DNA of 64,000 bases from Octopus vulgaris (lineage: Eukaryota). Shown in pieces: positions 1 to 12,915 of the stretch. Where the stretch lies: positions 43,400,001 to 43,464,000 of the forward strand of contig OX597824.1 of the NCBI GenBank assembly GCA_951406725.2, written 5' to 3'. The first letter of the stretch is position 1. Each line of letters starts with the position of its first letter. The notes under the pieces were generated by a model. That model did no database searches, was not told where the DNA came from, and saw only the letters and a program-made list of their open reading frames with translations. The position numbers and the translations under genes were made by a program.

Positions 1-103
1 TTACCTTCCTATACATTTTACTCATGTATCTCTCAGCGTTCATGGACAGTAACAAATATTACTCGCCATCCCCATCGCCATCGCATTCTATTGTCTACCT
101 GTC

Positions 104-112
<9 letters not shown>
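1..112 (-). mobile_element. Fragment of the interspersed repeat also seen at 23398-23860 (putative non-autonomous Helitron family C)
   Basis: The reverse complement matches 23680-23790 (gttgacaggtagacaatagaatgcgatggcgatgg...gatacatgagtaaaatgtat). Confidence 0.7.
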
Positions 113-140
<28 letters not shown>

Positions 141-245
141 TCATATATCTAATATTATATTTTTATTTTTATGTTTTTGTTTTTGGTTTTTTACTGTTTC
201 ATTTCCCTATTAGTGGTTTTATCTCTAATTTAATTTCTACAGCGT

Positions 246-306
<61 letters not shown>

Positions 307-552
307 TATGTAGCCCCAGTACACCCGAATGAAATCGGGTTCTCTTCATCAAAATGTGAAAAGGGGTCTACAATTATCATCGCCACAACTTATGTATGTC
401 TTCCTCACTCACTCACTCTTTTTCCTAATGATAATTATCATCGCCACCACCAACACCACCAACACACAATCTGGACAATCTTTCTCTTATAACAAATCAT
501 GTTTACATTGCAACGACGTCTGCCACCTCCGCCGTCTCTATTTATTCTGCAA

Positions 553-750
553 ATGACCAGAACTCGGGAAACTTAGTTTAGTGTTCTATGGTCTATGACC
601 AGAACTCGGGAAACTTGGTTGAGTGTTCTATGGTCTATGACCAGAACTCGGGAAACTTGCTTGACTGTTCTATGGTCTATGACCAGAAATCGGGAAACTT
701 GGTTGAGTGTTCTATGGTCTATGACCAGAACTTGGGAAACTTGGTTGTGT
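553..750. repeat. 42-bp minisatellite, about 4.7 copies
   Basis: Unit atgaccagaactcgggaaacttggttgagtgttctatggtct starts at 553, 595, 637, 679 and 721. Confidence 0.95.
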
Positions 751-1438
751 CCTCATCTTATAAAATGTGGCCCCAGTAGACCCAAATTAAATCGGGTTAT
801 ATTAACCAAAAGGTGAAAAGGGGTATAAATGGGGCTGGAAGGGGATTAAAATTTAAAGGAGCGGGTGTTTAGCAATTCTCTGTTACATCAAGCTAAAAAA
901 TTTGCTCCAGCCTTTTAATCGTCAATGTGTTGCCGTCCATGATGAAGAAGTTTTGAATGCTCGCCATCGTGAGTCTACTGTCGTGAGAAAGAATCAAGTC
1001 AAAACTTGGTTTTTAGGGATTTTCTTTTACATCAAGCTCAAACTTTTACGCCAGCCGTTGAACTGTCAATACGTTGCTGTCCGTCGTTAAGAAATGCCAG
1101 CCATGGTGACTCTACTATCCTCAAATTCTATCCCTTCAAACTTTGGTTTCCAATATTTTATTATTTTTATTCAGCTCGCAAGTTCGTCTGTCCCTTTTAA
1201 ATGTTAGTGTTTTGCTGTCTGTCTTGAAGCAGACCTTTCCTTTGTAACTGCCTGATATTTATGATTGATCTTTCTAAATATTTTATTTCTCAACTTACTC
1301 AAGATCTTTTGTTGTTTATAAATGGGAGAGAGATACATAAAGATAGAGAGTAAGAGAAAGCGAGGGAGAGTCCGAGAGAAAGGAAGAGTAAGAGCGTGGG
1401 AAAGTGAGAGAGAAAGGAGAAAGAAACAAAGAGGGAGA

Positions 1439-1760
1439 ATCATCATCATCATCATCATCATCATCGTTTAACGTCCGTTTTCCGTGCTAGCACGGGTTGG
1501 ACAGTTTGACAGGGGTCTGGGAAGCCAGGAGGCTGCACCAGGCTCCAGTCTGATCTGGCAGTGTTTCGACAGGTGGATGCCCTTCCTAACGCCAACCACT
1601 CTGTGAGTGTAGTGGGTGCTTTTTTCGTGCCGCCGGCACAGGTGCCAGGGGGGGCTGGCAGCGGCAACGATCGGTTGGTGCTTTTTACGTGTCACTGTCA
1701 CAGAAGCCAGTCAAGGCGGCGCTGCAATCGGCCACGTTCGGATGGTGCTTTTTACGTGCT
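1439..1760 (-). mobile_element. 5'-truncated RTE LINE 3' end with (ATG)n tail
   Basis: Collinear with 53650-53960, the 3'UTR of the RTE copy whose RT C-terminus lies at 54912-55580. (CAT)n run on the + strand. Confidence 0.85.
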
Positions 1761-1826
1761 GAAAGGAAGCAAAAGAAAGTAACAACCACACATTTACCCG
1801 CGCGTAGAGCGGGTCACCTTCAGCTA

Positions 1827-1881
<55 letters not shown>

Positions 1882-2529
1882 CATACATACATACATACAT
1901 ACATACATACATACATACATACATACATACATACAAATATGTGTGTATGTGTGTTTGTATGCTTGCGATTTTGCGTATTTCTCTGCGTGTGTTCTTTTGT
2001 AATATACTAAATCTATTTGCTACGGTTTAATGACGGAGGAGGTGGAACTGTTCAAAAATAAATCCACTCTTGGCTTCTTACCAGGTGAGCCAAATAAAGT
2101 TGGACACATACAGAGAGTGAGAGGAAAACAAATGAAAGAATGGTGAGTGGGTACAGGAGAAGCAAGATTACTAGAAGAAGAGTAGATGAGAGGCAGAAAA
2201 ATATACGGATTGAATGAAAAGAAAAGAGGGGAAAACTATCTGAGATTGAGCGTAAATAAAGAGACAGAGAGAGCAAACGGATAAAAACAGTGACACACAC
2301 AAATACACACACATACACGAATCTATTTTTTCAATCATTTATTTGGAGGGTTAAGTGCAGCAGTTATCGTTCATCGTCGACTTCTGTTTAATACACCTGT
2401 TCATATTTATATCCTCGATCTGGACATATTCCACACAAGCGTGCGTGCGCACACTTGCATGCACATATACACAAAAAAAACACACACACACACACACGCA
2501 TATATACATACATAACTACATACACACAC

Positions 2530-2569
<40 letters not shown>

Positions 2570-2574
2570 ATAGG

Positions 2575-3243
2575 GTAATAAGAAATTATTGTTACCAGTG
2601 GCCTAGCACAAAAACGAATTAGTCATTAGGCTATATATTATTCACATAGAAATACAATAAGAGGCTTCCAAATAGGAAAGCCTTGTGCTAGAAAGAGCAG
2701 TAGAAAACTCAAAACCAACAAAAAGGATAAATTTTCGAAAGGAATGAAAATTAAAAACGTTCACCATCTCAATTATTTCCCAGACCATGGTTTCTAACTA
2801 TTTCCAGCAAAAAAAATATTTGCTGAAGGCCAGTTTCATCAGTGCACAGCCTTTCGATTTCAAATACACACACAGCCAGATCTACATGTAAAACTAACTG
2901 CTTGTATATCCTAACCTTTCAGACCACTGCGCAGACGCAGATTATACCCGGCGACAGAGAGGATGCCGGTAAAAGTTTCGAACAAATTTATCAAAGAATA
3001 TGGTAAACGTCTTCGTATTTTGCAGTGGTGTTCTCTGTCTATTATTTCAACTTCATAACACAGGAGGGGGTCTCCATTTTCCATGCAGATTTTCTGCATG
3101 CCTGAGAGAATGTGGCTCTCAGGCCATTTGACATAAAGGAGGTTGAAATCCCCAAAAGAAATATGTACAAGATGTCATCCAGGCTGGTTAATACTTCTTC
3201 CATTTCTTGGAGACGAGACTCATAATTTGGAACATATGGTAGG

Positions 3244-3245
<2 letters not shown>
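2575..3245 (-). mobile_element. Penelope-like element remnant (GIY-YIG C-terminus plus pseudo-LTR)
   Basis: ORF 2911-3099 (EVEIIDREHHCKIRR) resembles the PLE endonuclease C-terminus. It is followed on the same strand by a hammerhead motif and bounded by (TA)n. Confidence 0.6.
2781..2844 (-). ncRNA. Type I hammerhead ribozyme motif (short helix I)
   Basis: Minus strand: ca CTGATGA AACT..TTCAGCAAA/TTTGCTGGAA..AGTT A GAA ACCATGGT C tg. Palindromic helix III, GUC site, helix I only 2 bp. Confidence 0.75.
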
Positions 3246-3282
<37 letters not shown>

Positions 3283-3310
3283 CTATGGTACTATGTGACC
3301 ATGGTATATA

Positions 3311-3338
3311 TGTGCGTCCTATGGTATTATGTGACCAT

Positions 3339-3378
<40 letters not shown>

Positions 3379-3406
3379 ATGGTCACATAATACCATAGGA
3401 CACACA
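3311..3406. repeat. Near-perfect palindrome with (TA)n centre
   Basis: tgtgcgtcctatggtattatgtgaccatggta-(TA)n-taccatggtcacataataccataggacacaca, one mismatch. A partial extra copy lies at 3283-3310. Confidence 0.95.
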
Positions 3407-3790
3407 AAATATATTTAAGATAATTAAAGTGAAATTTTGAGGTAGACCGTCGTAGAGATTAAGAGAAAAGGAAATATACAAATAGTTCGCTAAAATCATA
3501 ACAGGAAATAGAATTCAGAAAAGCTGAAAAAAGAAAATGAGAAAACTTTTTTCCTTAATTGGGAGGAGAAAGACATCTGACACATGTACTTTTACAATAC
3601 AAAATATCTACCTGTGATCGGTTCTATATCTGATAGTGTTTACACTGGCTTTAATATATCTTTTGTTTATAAACATATAACTACACTCAGAGACACACAC
3701 GCCTACCCACACTCGTGTATTCATATATACATATGTGTGTTTGTCTGTGTGTGTGTGACATATATGTACAATTAGACAGACAGACATACG

Positions 3791-3844
<54 letters not shown>

Positions 3845-4007
3845 AAAGCAAGAGATTCTGTATTTGATCATAATATTTGGCAACTTAGGCGAATGTGAAT
3901 TAAATTAGGTCGGCGGAAAATGTACAGAAGTGGATCATGCTAACTGTACCTTCAATTCCGGACAGACATACAAACAGACCGATAGATAAATAGACAGACA
4001 GACAGAC

Positions 4008-4081
<74 letters not shown>

Positions 4082-5278
4082 CGGAGAAACGAGTAATTGA
4101 AATGTAGCTGTATTCCATGTAGTGAAAATTATAGGACTTTCCAGTTTAAAATTATTATGGTAAAATACTTAGTAATTCTAATTTGTGAATATCTCCATAA
4201 AAAAGTTGTTCTATTGTCTGTGCTGAATGCTTCAACTTGGCTTTCATCCTTCTTCAAAGAAATTGGACGATGGATACTATTCATTGTGATTTGTACCTTC
4301 TGTCTGTATTTTTAGAAATATTTATTTCTGCCAAATTGCATTTTAAGTGACCACACGCGGGAATTTTCACGTTAGAATTATTGATCTATTTCTCTGGTGT
4401 AGCTGCCAACTTGAAAGAATTTTGAGTAAATTTGGAGTGTCATGTCATAATTTCTGAAGATGTGTAATGTATAAAGATCATAATGGCTGCTTTTTTTTTT
4501 TTTTTTACCTCAACAAGAAAATACTTTCATTTTGCAAACACGTGTCTTACGAAGCGAGAAAAGATTGAATAAACATTTTATTCTGAGAGGCGAATATTTT
4601 GAAGTATGAGATCAGGAATATTTTCGTTTTTAAAGCATGTAAGTTACAAGATAAAAGCATTTAGGTAACTTTGAAGTGTTTAATTAGGAACATAAGATGT
4701 AATGATGTATAAGAGTCAGGGGAAAATTTGAAATCATTATGATTTCCTTTCAATATTTCAAGTAAACCACAGTGTTGTTAAGCAGTCAGCATTTTTTGGA
4801 AATTACGTTGTAATTCTTAACAATCACCAAATTTTGGGATACGCTTCTCTACCTAAAACGTTTTTCGAAAATCTCTTCGAATACCTATCTTTAGCAACAA
4901 GGATTTCCAGTCTTTAGTGTAGTTGTTCACGGTATACATTTTATTGTCTTATTGTTATTCTTGGCAGATACTAGCACGCATCAGCAAATGTTTTGTTTGC
5001 TGAATTCTATAAATAAGAACGACCGCTCTTACATAGAATCGGAGTTCCATGTGATATCTCTGACTGAAGAGGCAAAGTCATGACAAAAACCTTTAATTCA
5101 GAGTCCGTTAATTCAGTGAATTTTGTGTTATCAACAGACATGGTCTAAAGAGAAAGTTGTTCTCCAAAGTTGAAGTTCATCTGCAAATAGCAAATTCACG
5201 TTCAAATCGGCAGGAGCGTGTTAAGAAAGTATAGACACCACGTTAAATATGTATGTATATGTGTATAGATAAATAGAG

Positions 5279-5321
<43 letters not shown>

Positions 5322-5344
5322 TAGATAGATACATAGATAGATAT

Positions 5345-5387
<43 letters not shown>

Positions 5388-6719
5388 TGTTTGGATGTGT
5401 GTTTATGTGTGTGTACATAATATGTGTGTGTGTGTTTGTGTGCGTGAATGAGCATGTGCGTTCATGCATACATTTGTATGTGTGTGTCCCTATATTCGGA
5501 TTCGTGTTTTTTAAAAATCTTACGGGTGTAAAATTAGCGTTGTGCCAAAAAGTGTAACTTCACAATTCAATAAATAAAGATCGATAAAATGACAGACTGA
5601 AATAGGCATTGGTGATGATGGTGTAGTTAATTATAACCCTCAAAAGGGGAGCCAAATTCTTATGACTGAAACCAATAAAAGAATGTAAGAAATCATAAGT
5701 ATAATAACAACAACAACGAAAATCAAGTGACGTATGAGCGATCAAGAAAACAAGTGTGATATATAAATGTTGAACTGAAGAGACGTTCACAGGACAAAGT
5801 CGACTTAAAATGGTAAAAATCATATTGACAGAATGGCACCAATAGAAGCAGAGGGAATAATGACGTTTGCACGTAGTATTCAATAAACAATGCAGTTAGG
5901 AAAGTAATAACCAATAGTAAAAAATCGATTGGAGAAAAGTACACATATGCAAACACGTATACAAAAATGGCGCCCATACACAGACACTGTATGAATGGCG
6001 CCAGATATTTTTAATGGTTGGAGAAGCTTCCGATTAATGAAACAGCTTACAGGAGCAACAAATTTCAAACAAGCATGTGGCACACATAATTTGTTTTTAG
6101 CGTTGTTGCCGTTATGATTTTTGTTGTTGTTGTTGTTATCGTCGTCGTCGTCGGTGGTGGTGGTGGTGGTGGTGGTGGCGGCGGCGGTGGCGGCAGCGGC
6201 GTCGGTGATAGTGGTTTTGTGGTGGTGGTGGTGGTGGTGGTGGTAGTAAGGTTAGAAGTAGTGGTGATGCTGCTACTGTTGTTTTGTAATAATACGAGTA
6301 GCACTGTAGAATTTGTCTTTGTTATTACTATTACTGTTGGTTATCACCGTTTAAATATGTACAAAAACCAAGTTTATTTTTCAAGTTGGTTATTATAAAT
6401 TCATGAAGTGTTCTGACCGAATAGCTAAGGTTGCCTACTTCAGACAGAAAGTGAGGTAACTCTTCAGTTTGTATACTCTCCTGGTTTTGTTCTGAGATCT
6501 TAGCTTAGGTGAAGCATTCGAATTTCTTAGAACTAAACTAAGCAATTCATTATTATGAATGTCATTATTATTAATTTGAATGTTATTAATATTGTTATCA
6601 TTATTAAGTCAGTGACCTAGCAGAGTCATTTGGACGCCGGGCAAAATGCTCAGCTGCCAGTTCGTCCATCTTATTTGTTCAATTGCCTTCATCATTTCAT
6701 CACTTGGCATACATGTACC

Positions 6720-6990
6720 CTAGTTTGGCCTTATTTTTTGCGAACAGCTTCGAGTCATCTATGAATAGCAGGTGATTAAGTTTTCCTTTACCACTTCCTA
6801 GATCATACACAAACTTTGTTTTCTGCAGTATTTCACTAAAAAGAATAATTTCCAAGACAAGGATCAGTGGGAATACACTGTTCCCTGGTCAGATTCCTCT
6901 CCTAATTTTCACTTCTCCAAATGCCTGATTCTCTGCTGTCAATTCAGTTCTCCAGCACTCCATGCTATTCCATATAAAGCGCCTCATGCA
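6720..6990 (-). pseudogene. R4/Dong-like LINE reverse transcriptase fragment
   Basis: The minus strand translates to ...LNHLLFIDDSKLFAKN (RT catalytic DD motif). Confidence 0.75.
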
Positions 6991-6994
6991 ACAA

Positions 6995-7210
6995 GGTGGC
7001 AAGCTGGTAGAACCGTTATCACACAAGACAAAATGCTTAACAGCATTTCTTTCAACTTTACATTCCGAGTTAACATGCCGCCGAGGTCGACTTTACCTTT
7101 CATCTATTCGGGGTGGATAAAATAAATACTAGTTCAGTCTTAGGGTCCATGTAATCGAAAAGACCCCACCTCTCAAAATTGCCGGCCTGATGCCAAAATT
7201 GAGGTTAATC
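6995..7210 (+). mobile_element. SINE, family shared with 47879-48095
   Basis: Shares ggtggcaagctggtagaaccgtt...ccgaggtcgacttt...ataaaataa...gccaaaattgag with the other copies. Confidence 0.75.
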
Positions 7211-7482
7211 ATTATGATTATTAATGTGGGGTGCATGGCTTACTGTTTATGGTGTTTCACACATGATTGTAAGATTATGCTTTCGACATCTGAATTGAGC
7301 AATGCTTTGTATTCTTGAGCAAAACACTTCAATTTAGATGTTGCTCCAGTCCATTCAACAAGCAAAAATAAATAATCCTGCGATGGACCAGCGTATTCAC
7401 GCGGCCGGAATACATGCACTACAAAATCCGGAAAAGCGGTCTCATAAACGTATGGCTCGGAAAGGGCTATTGGCCATTTTGG

Positions 7483-7513
<31 letters not shown>

Positions 7514-7760
7514 GGTGGTGATGGTGGTGGTGGTGGTGACCTTTGAGGTAGAAACCATGTCTCACATCGGCTCTGGAAAGATGCAGTTATTTTGTCTGCT
7601 TTCAGCGACTTTAACATTTTGCCCGGGTTTAAAACTTGAGAAAGGATTAGAGGAACTATAGTTTTGTTACGACACCCTAAATGAGAGCATTTTCATTTTC
7701 CAACAACGGTTTTCGGCAAATATTTTAACATACTAGCGAGAAGGGACGACGTAACAATAC

Positions 7761-7803
<43 letters not shown>

Positions 7804-8020
7804 CATATATATACATATACATACATACATACATACATACATACATACATACATACATACATACATTTGGAATCACACATGTACGCAGATAAAGGAAGGT
7901 GAGCGACCATCTCACATCTCATACACACACGATAACATTTATGACTATGCATTATACGGAATGCTTCTTAAGTTGTTTAAGCACATTCTCATAGATTTTG
8001 GTATATTTTTCACGCGTATA

Positions 8021-9150
8021 TATTGGGTTAGCAACTAAGTTCCCCTCGTTTTGTTAAATTTAAATTTTTAAAATGTTTAATAAACAACTAATTAATCAAT
8101 AATGTATTCACCCTTGTTGTTTACAACTTCTTCCCAACGTTCAACAAGATTTTCAATACCTCGTTGGTAGAAATCACCCGATTTCGACGCGAAAAATTGA
8201 TCCAACCAAGCTCTCAATTCTGCATCAGTACTGAATGAAACTCCGCGCATAGCATTTGAAAGCGATCGAAAGAGGTGGAAATCCGTTGGTGCCAAATCAG
8301 GAGAGTACGGCGGGTGTGGCAGCACTTCCCAGCCGTGCGTTTGAATGGCTTCCTTGGTCCTATTGACGATATGAGGGCGAGCATTGTCGTGCAGCAGAAG
8401 AACTCCATGCTGTCGATTAGACCTTTTCTCTTCAGTAGCCGTGTTGAGTCGTTCCATCTGTTAAACAGAGTTTCGCGTTGACCGTTTGGTTCCGTTCAAG
8501 TAATTCGTAATGGATAATCCTTTCCCAGTCCCACCATATGCACAACATCATTTTACGCGGATGAAGATCTTGTTTCACACGCGGTGTAGCTTGTTTACCG
8601 GGGCGAAGCCATTCCTTACGCTGCTTCATATTGATGTACAGGCACCATTTTTCGTCGCCAGTAACGATTCGGAAAAGAAATTGTTGCTTGTGTCCATGAG
8701 TTGAGCGGTGACGAGCAAGCAAACCAGCGGAGATTGTGGCTTGTTTATTTTTGTGGTTGTCACTTAAAGCATGCGGAACACATGCTCCATACTTCTGAAA
8801 CTTTCCCATCGAGTGAAGATACTTCTCTATAGGAATGTGGGAGCATTTCATTTTCTCTGCCACTCCGTGCAAAATTTGCTTTAATCGCTCTTCATCTAAC
8901 TCAACTGGACAGCCAGAACGACGTGCGTCTTTGAGGTCAAAATTTCTATATCTGAACTTGGCAAACCAATCACGAGCGGTTCTTCCAGTTATGGCACCCT
9001 CTCCATACACAGCACAAATGTCGTGAGCAGCTTTTGCGGCTTTAGAACCTTGATTTAAAGCAAAAAGGAAGTTTCGAAAATGCTCGTTTTTCTTAACTTC
9101 ACATTCCATTTTAACATCGTTTTAACTTGAACAGGATTTTAAAAACTTTT
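8021..9150 (-). mobile_element. Mariner DNA transposon, frameshifted, 5' TIR lost
   Basis: ORFs 8432-9109 and 8092-8457 contain TGDEKW, HDNARPH and YSPDLAPTD (D,D34D). TIR tattgggttagcaactaagttccc at 8021. Same family as 46568-47869. Confidence 0.95.
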
Positions 9151-10129
9151 TGTTTGATACTGAGAACTCGGAGAAGGCATATTGTCAATGTGGAGTCGCA
9201 TATCTTTGTGTTTGGTCTCATTTCATGTTTCTACAGTCCACTCAGCTGGCAAAAGTGAGTATACCTGCAACGGACCGATGTTCCGTCCGGGCTGTAGGGA
9301 GTATCCGTGAACACCCCCACGCCCTGAAAATCCGTGAACCTGCCATATAAGTCGATATGATTCGAGAAAGAGCTTTACCTTTTATTTTTTAGACTGTTAT
9401 CCACGTCAAAAAATTAAAAGATGATTCAACCAAGCAATTTATGTCTCTCTTTAAATTTTGGAGTAGAAGTTAAACACCGTTTTTATGTGGGGGAGGTTAA
9501 ACAAAATTTCTTGCAATATTTGCTTACGGTCATTTATGTCCTGAGTTCAAATTCTGCCGAGGTCTCTTTAAATATCTTTTTACCCATCCGGTGTTGCTAA
9601 AATGAATTACTAGTTAGGTAGTGAGATCGGTACAACTTACCCAAAAATTGAAGTTTTTGCCTTCAAAAGAATTCTTTATTAACTTTGAAATATTGATAAA
9701 TTATATATACCATTATAAGGAATGTACATGGGGTTTATTGACATTTGGATGTGTATATATATGGCTATATCATGTATATTGATGCAAACAGGAAAAAGGG
9801 AACTCAAAATATGAGAATATGTAGATATTTATGCATGAAACTCTCGGCCCTTGAGTCACTCTGTTGCTTTTGCTAAATTTTACTAAAAACATGTATCTAT
9901 ATTTGTATATAAGTTTATATCATAAAATATAGATTCAGAGAATCGTGTGGTTATCACAGAAAGCTCCTCTTACAGACTCGGGCGAGCAGTCCGCCTTTAT
10001 CCAATACAGAAAAGTGTTATGTAATGTCCATGCAGCTGAACTCCAGAAGATCCGATCGATGAAACTATTTCGTGAGGAGTATACAGACTATAAAAGTAAG
10101 GAAGTATGGGAATTGAATATATTTATTTA

Positions 10130-10870
10130 ATTACTTGCCATCACTTGAATGAGGCTAACCTCGCCCAACAGATTTCTATCAGCGATTCGATACAGAAACG
10201 TGAAGAAAACGATTCTTTTTAAAAAGAATAGTGACTGACCACAAATGGCTTGTCTATAACATCGTGAGACGCAAATGATTATGGGAGAAGCGAGGTGAAA
10301 CACCACAAACAACCTCCTAAGCAGGACTTCGCCTGAAAGTTATGCTTTCAATTTGGTGAGACTGGAGTTTCTTACCATGGACAGGATCATAAAATCAGAT
10401 GGGTACTGTGACCATCTGGACAAATTAAACGCCGCGATCTACTAGACGCGTTCAGTTCTTGCGAATAGTAAGGACATTGACTTTCATCACGATAATGCGA
10501 GTGCACACACTTCCTTTTAGACACGGAAGAATTGACCGGGCTTGCTGGGAATTTTATCATACCCTCCATATTCACTAGACATCGCGCCTCCAGATTACCA
10601 CATGTTTCAGTCTCTTCAAAATTAAAGGAGTGAACGGACTTTAAATTCTTAAGGTCATGTAAAAATTCACCTGGAAGTGTTTTCCGCCGATAAAAATAGA
10701 AAATGCTTTGAGGAAAGAATGGATCAGCGCACACGGTGGCAGGAGATACTGGAACAAATCGGTAATTATATTATTAATTGAATAAATTGATTGAATAATC
10801 GTTTGTGCTCAAAACTTGTGCCTTGTTTTCGCTTAAAAAAACCGAACGGACCTTTTGCGCAATCGAATAT
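10130..10870 (+). mobile_element. Degenerate mariner of a second family (3' half)
   Basis: The + strand gives DFHHDNASAHTS and PPYSLDIAPPDYHMFQSLQN. TIR-like end cggaccttttgcgcaatcgaata followed by TA. Confidence 0.85.
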
Positions 10871-10907
10871 ATGTGTGTATGTGTGCGTGTATTTGTGTAT
10901 GTGTGTG

Positions 10908-10940
<33 letters not shown>

Positions 10941-10992
10941 TCATACATACATACATTCATACTTACATACATTCATACTTACATACAGAGAG

Positions 10993-11045
<53 letters not shown>

Positions 11046-12654
11046 GCGCATAGATATATAAGTTACATATTTACATACCTGTACAAAAACATATAAATAC
11101 ATATACATACATATGCATGTGTGTGTGTGTGTATACCCTGCGTTAGCATTAAAGTAGAGAAACATTATTTTATTGACGAATTTTAAATCATTTACATATG
11201 TATATTTCTATTTCTATTCTTATAAACATACGTATACAGAAAGTCCCGGTACCTTGTGTACGCGTATGTGTACATATCCGTGTATGAGCATGCATATGCG
11301 TGCATGATTATATGTGTGTGTGTGTTTGTGTATGTGTGCATGTATGTGTGTGTAGACACGCATATAAATGTATCTTTTGATGTCTGCTCGTAGAGGAATT
11401 AAGTCATCCGACGCTAAAATTATTCCGTTACTACGGAAATATCGATTCGATGTTCGCAACCGTATCCATGACTACTGCAACTATATTACATCGTATGCAG
11501 CTACGCATTGTGTACTTCACCCTTTTCGTCAGTTCCATACCGAACACGAAACCATGTGAAGGATTTTAAAATTCTTATAGGTTTCTTTGGGTGGTGCATC
11601 GCTGGTCCACACTTCAAGAAAAGCAAAGATTTTACATTATGTTATGTAGGCGCGATGACTCCTTTCTTTGTAGTATAGCGAGGAAAGAAAGGAAATTATG
11701 ACATTCATGTCGTTCCAAAGACGCATCATCTTTGAAGGTCAACAGTTTCAACTTTAAACTGAAAGAGTCATAATAGTCTCAACATTGTCACTCAGCTTGC
11801 TAGTAATAGCAGCCAAATTACCCAGAAGTCACATCCTATAAAAGAATGGTCATATTAGACACAATGTAATGCAAGATACAGCGTGTTGGCCGCAGTAGGA
11901 ATTATTTTGATCATAGGTACATAGATCTACTAATTCAATGCTGATTGCAACTAAAAATCAGCATCAAGTGTAAACTGCAGAAAAGCTTTGATACGGAAAC
12001 TATCGATACTTGACATTTTAACTGGCTTCCTTTTGTTTAAAGGTTGTTGTAATTGTTGTTGTTGTTATTGTTTAGCCTTGAGCGACCAGATCAATGATCA
12101 AAAGGTATTTTAGTAATTGTCAACCCACCGTTTTTAATTATGTGAATTGTAATAACTACACTATCCAATATGTTCTTCCTTTTAAAGGAGGTTGTCTATG
12201 ATTCGAATAAGATTTGTTTGACAGCTATTTCTAGCAGATCGGACGACTACGATTAAGCTTCCTCGTTGTCTCTCTTACTCTTCTCTCCCTACCCGTCTTT
12301 CTCGCTCTCTTTCTTTCCCTCTCTCCCGCTCTCTCTATTTGTATATGTGCGCTAGTGTGTGTGAGTGCGTGCGTGTGTGTGTATGTTTATGAATAGGTAG
12401 AGGTTTATGTAGTAAGAATAAAGATAAAGTTGAATTAACTCAATATACTGAGGATAATTCACCGTCGACTTTCGGAGGAAGTGAGGATAAACAAAAATGA
12501 CCCCTGACTGCTTTAAACGTACACAATCACACGCACATACACACACATATGTGATTTGTGTGCGTGTCTGTGTATGTGTGTATGCCACAGCTACATCCTC
12601 GTTACACCAGAAAAGCCATTGCCAAGAAGACTTACTGAAAGAATTCATGATTGT

Positions 12655-12915
12655 TGCCATGTGATGCCCTTATATGTCTTTTAAATCCGGCCAAGCTTTT
12701 ACACATTTTTTTTACATACTAAACAACTGTGCTGGCTGGCAGGAGAAACAGGTGTCACCATATGCACTCTCTTAACGTCTTTTTAGATCTCCAACTGAGA
12801 GGCACACCCTTCCACATTTTACACAAGTTCTGTTATGAATTTTATCATGAGTCGATTTCTATGAGAATTTTGATGGCTCACCAGGTCTTGTGCATCCCTC
12901 TCCCAATTACCAGCT
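12655..12915 (-). pseudogene. Decayed pair of C2H2 zinc fingers, probably an RTE-type LINE C-terminus
   Basis: Minus strand: CVKCGRVCLSVGDLKR.. and CLVCKK/MCKSLAGFKRHIRASH with frameshifts, preceded by NWERDAQD. Confidence 0.55.

Noticed and set aside
553-750. CRISPR array or repeat-protein ORF (MVYDQNSGNLVECS)n
   Set aside because: No unique spacers; the ORF is a by-product of a 42-bp unit.
5774-5806. Hammerhead-like CTGAAGA...AAAGTCGACT
   Set aside because: G12 is missing and there is no helix I.
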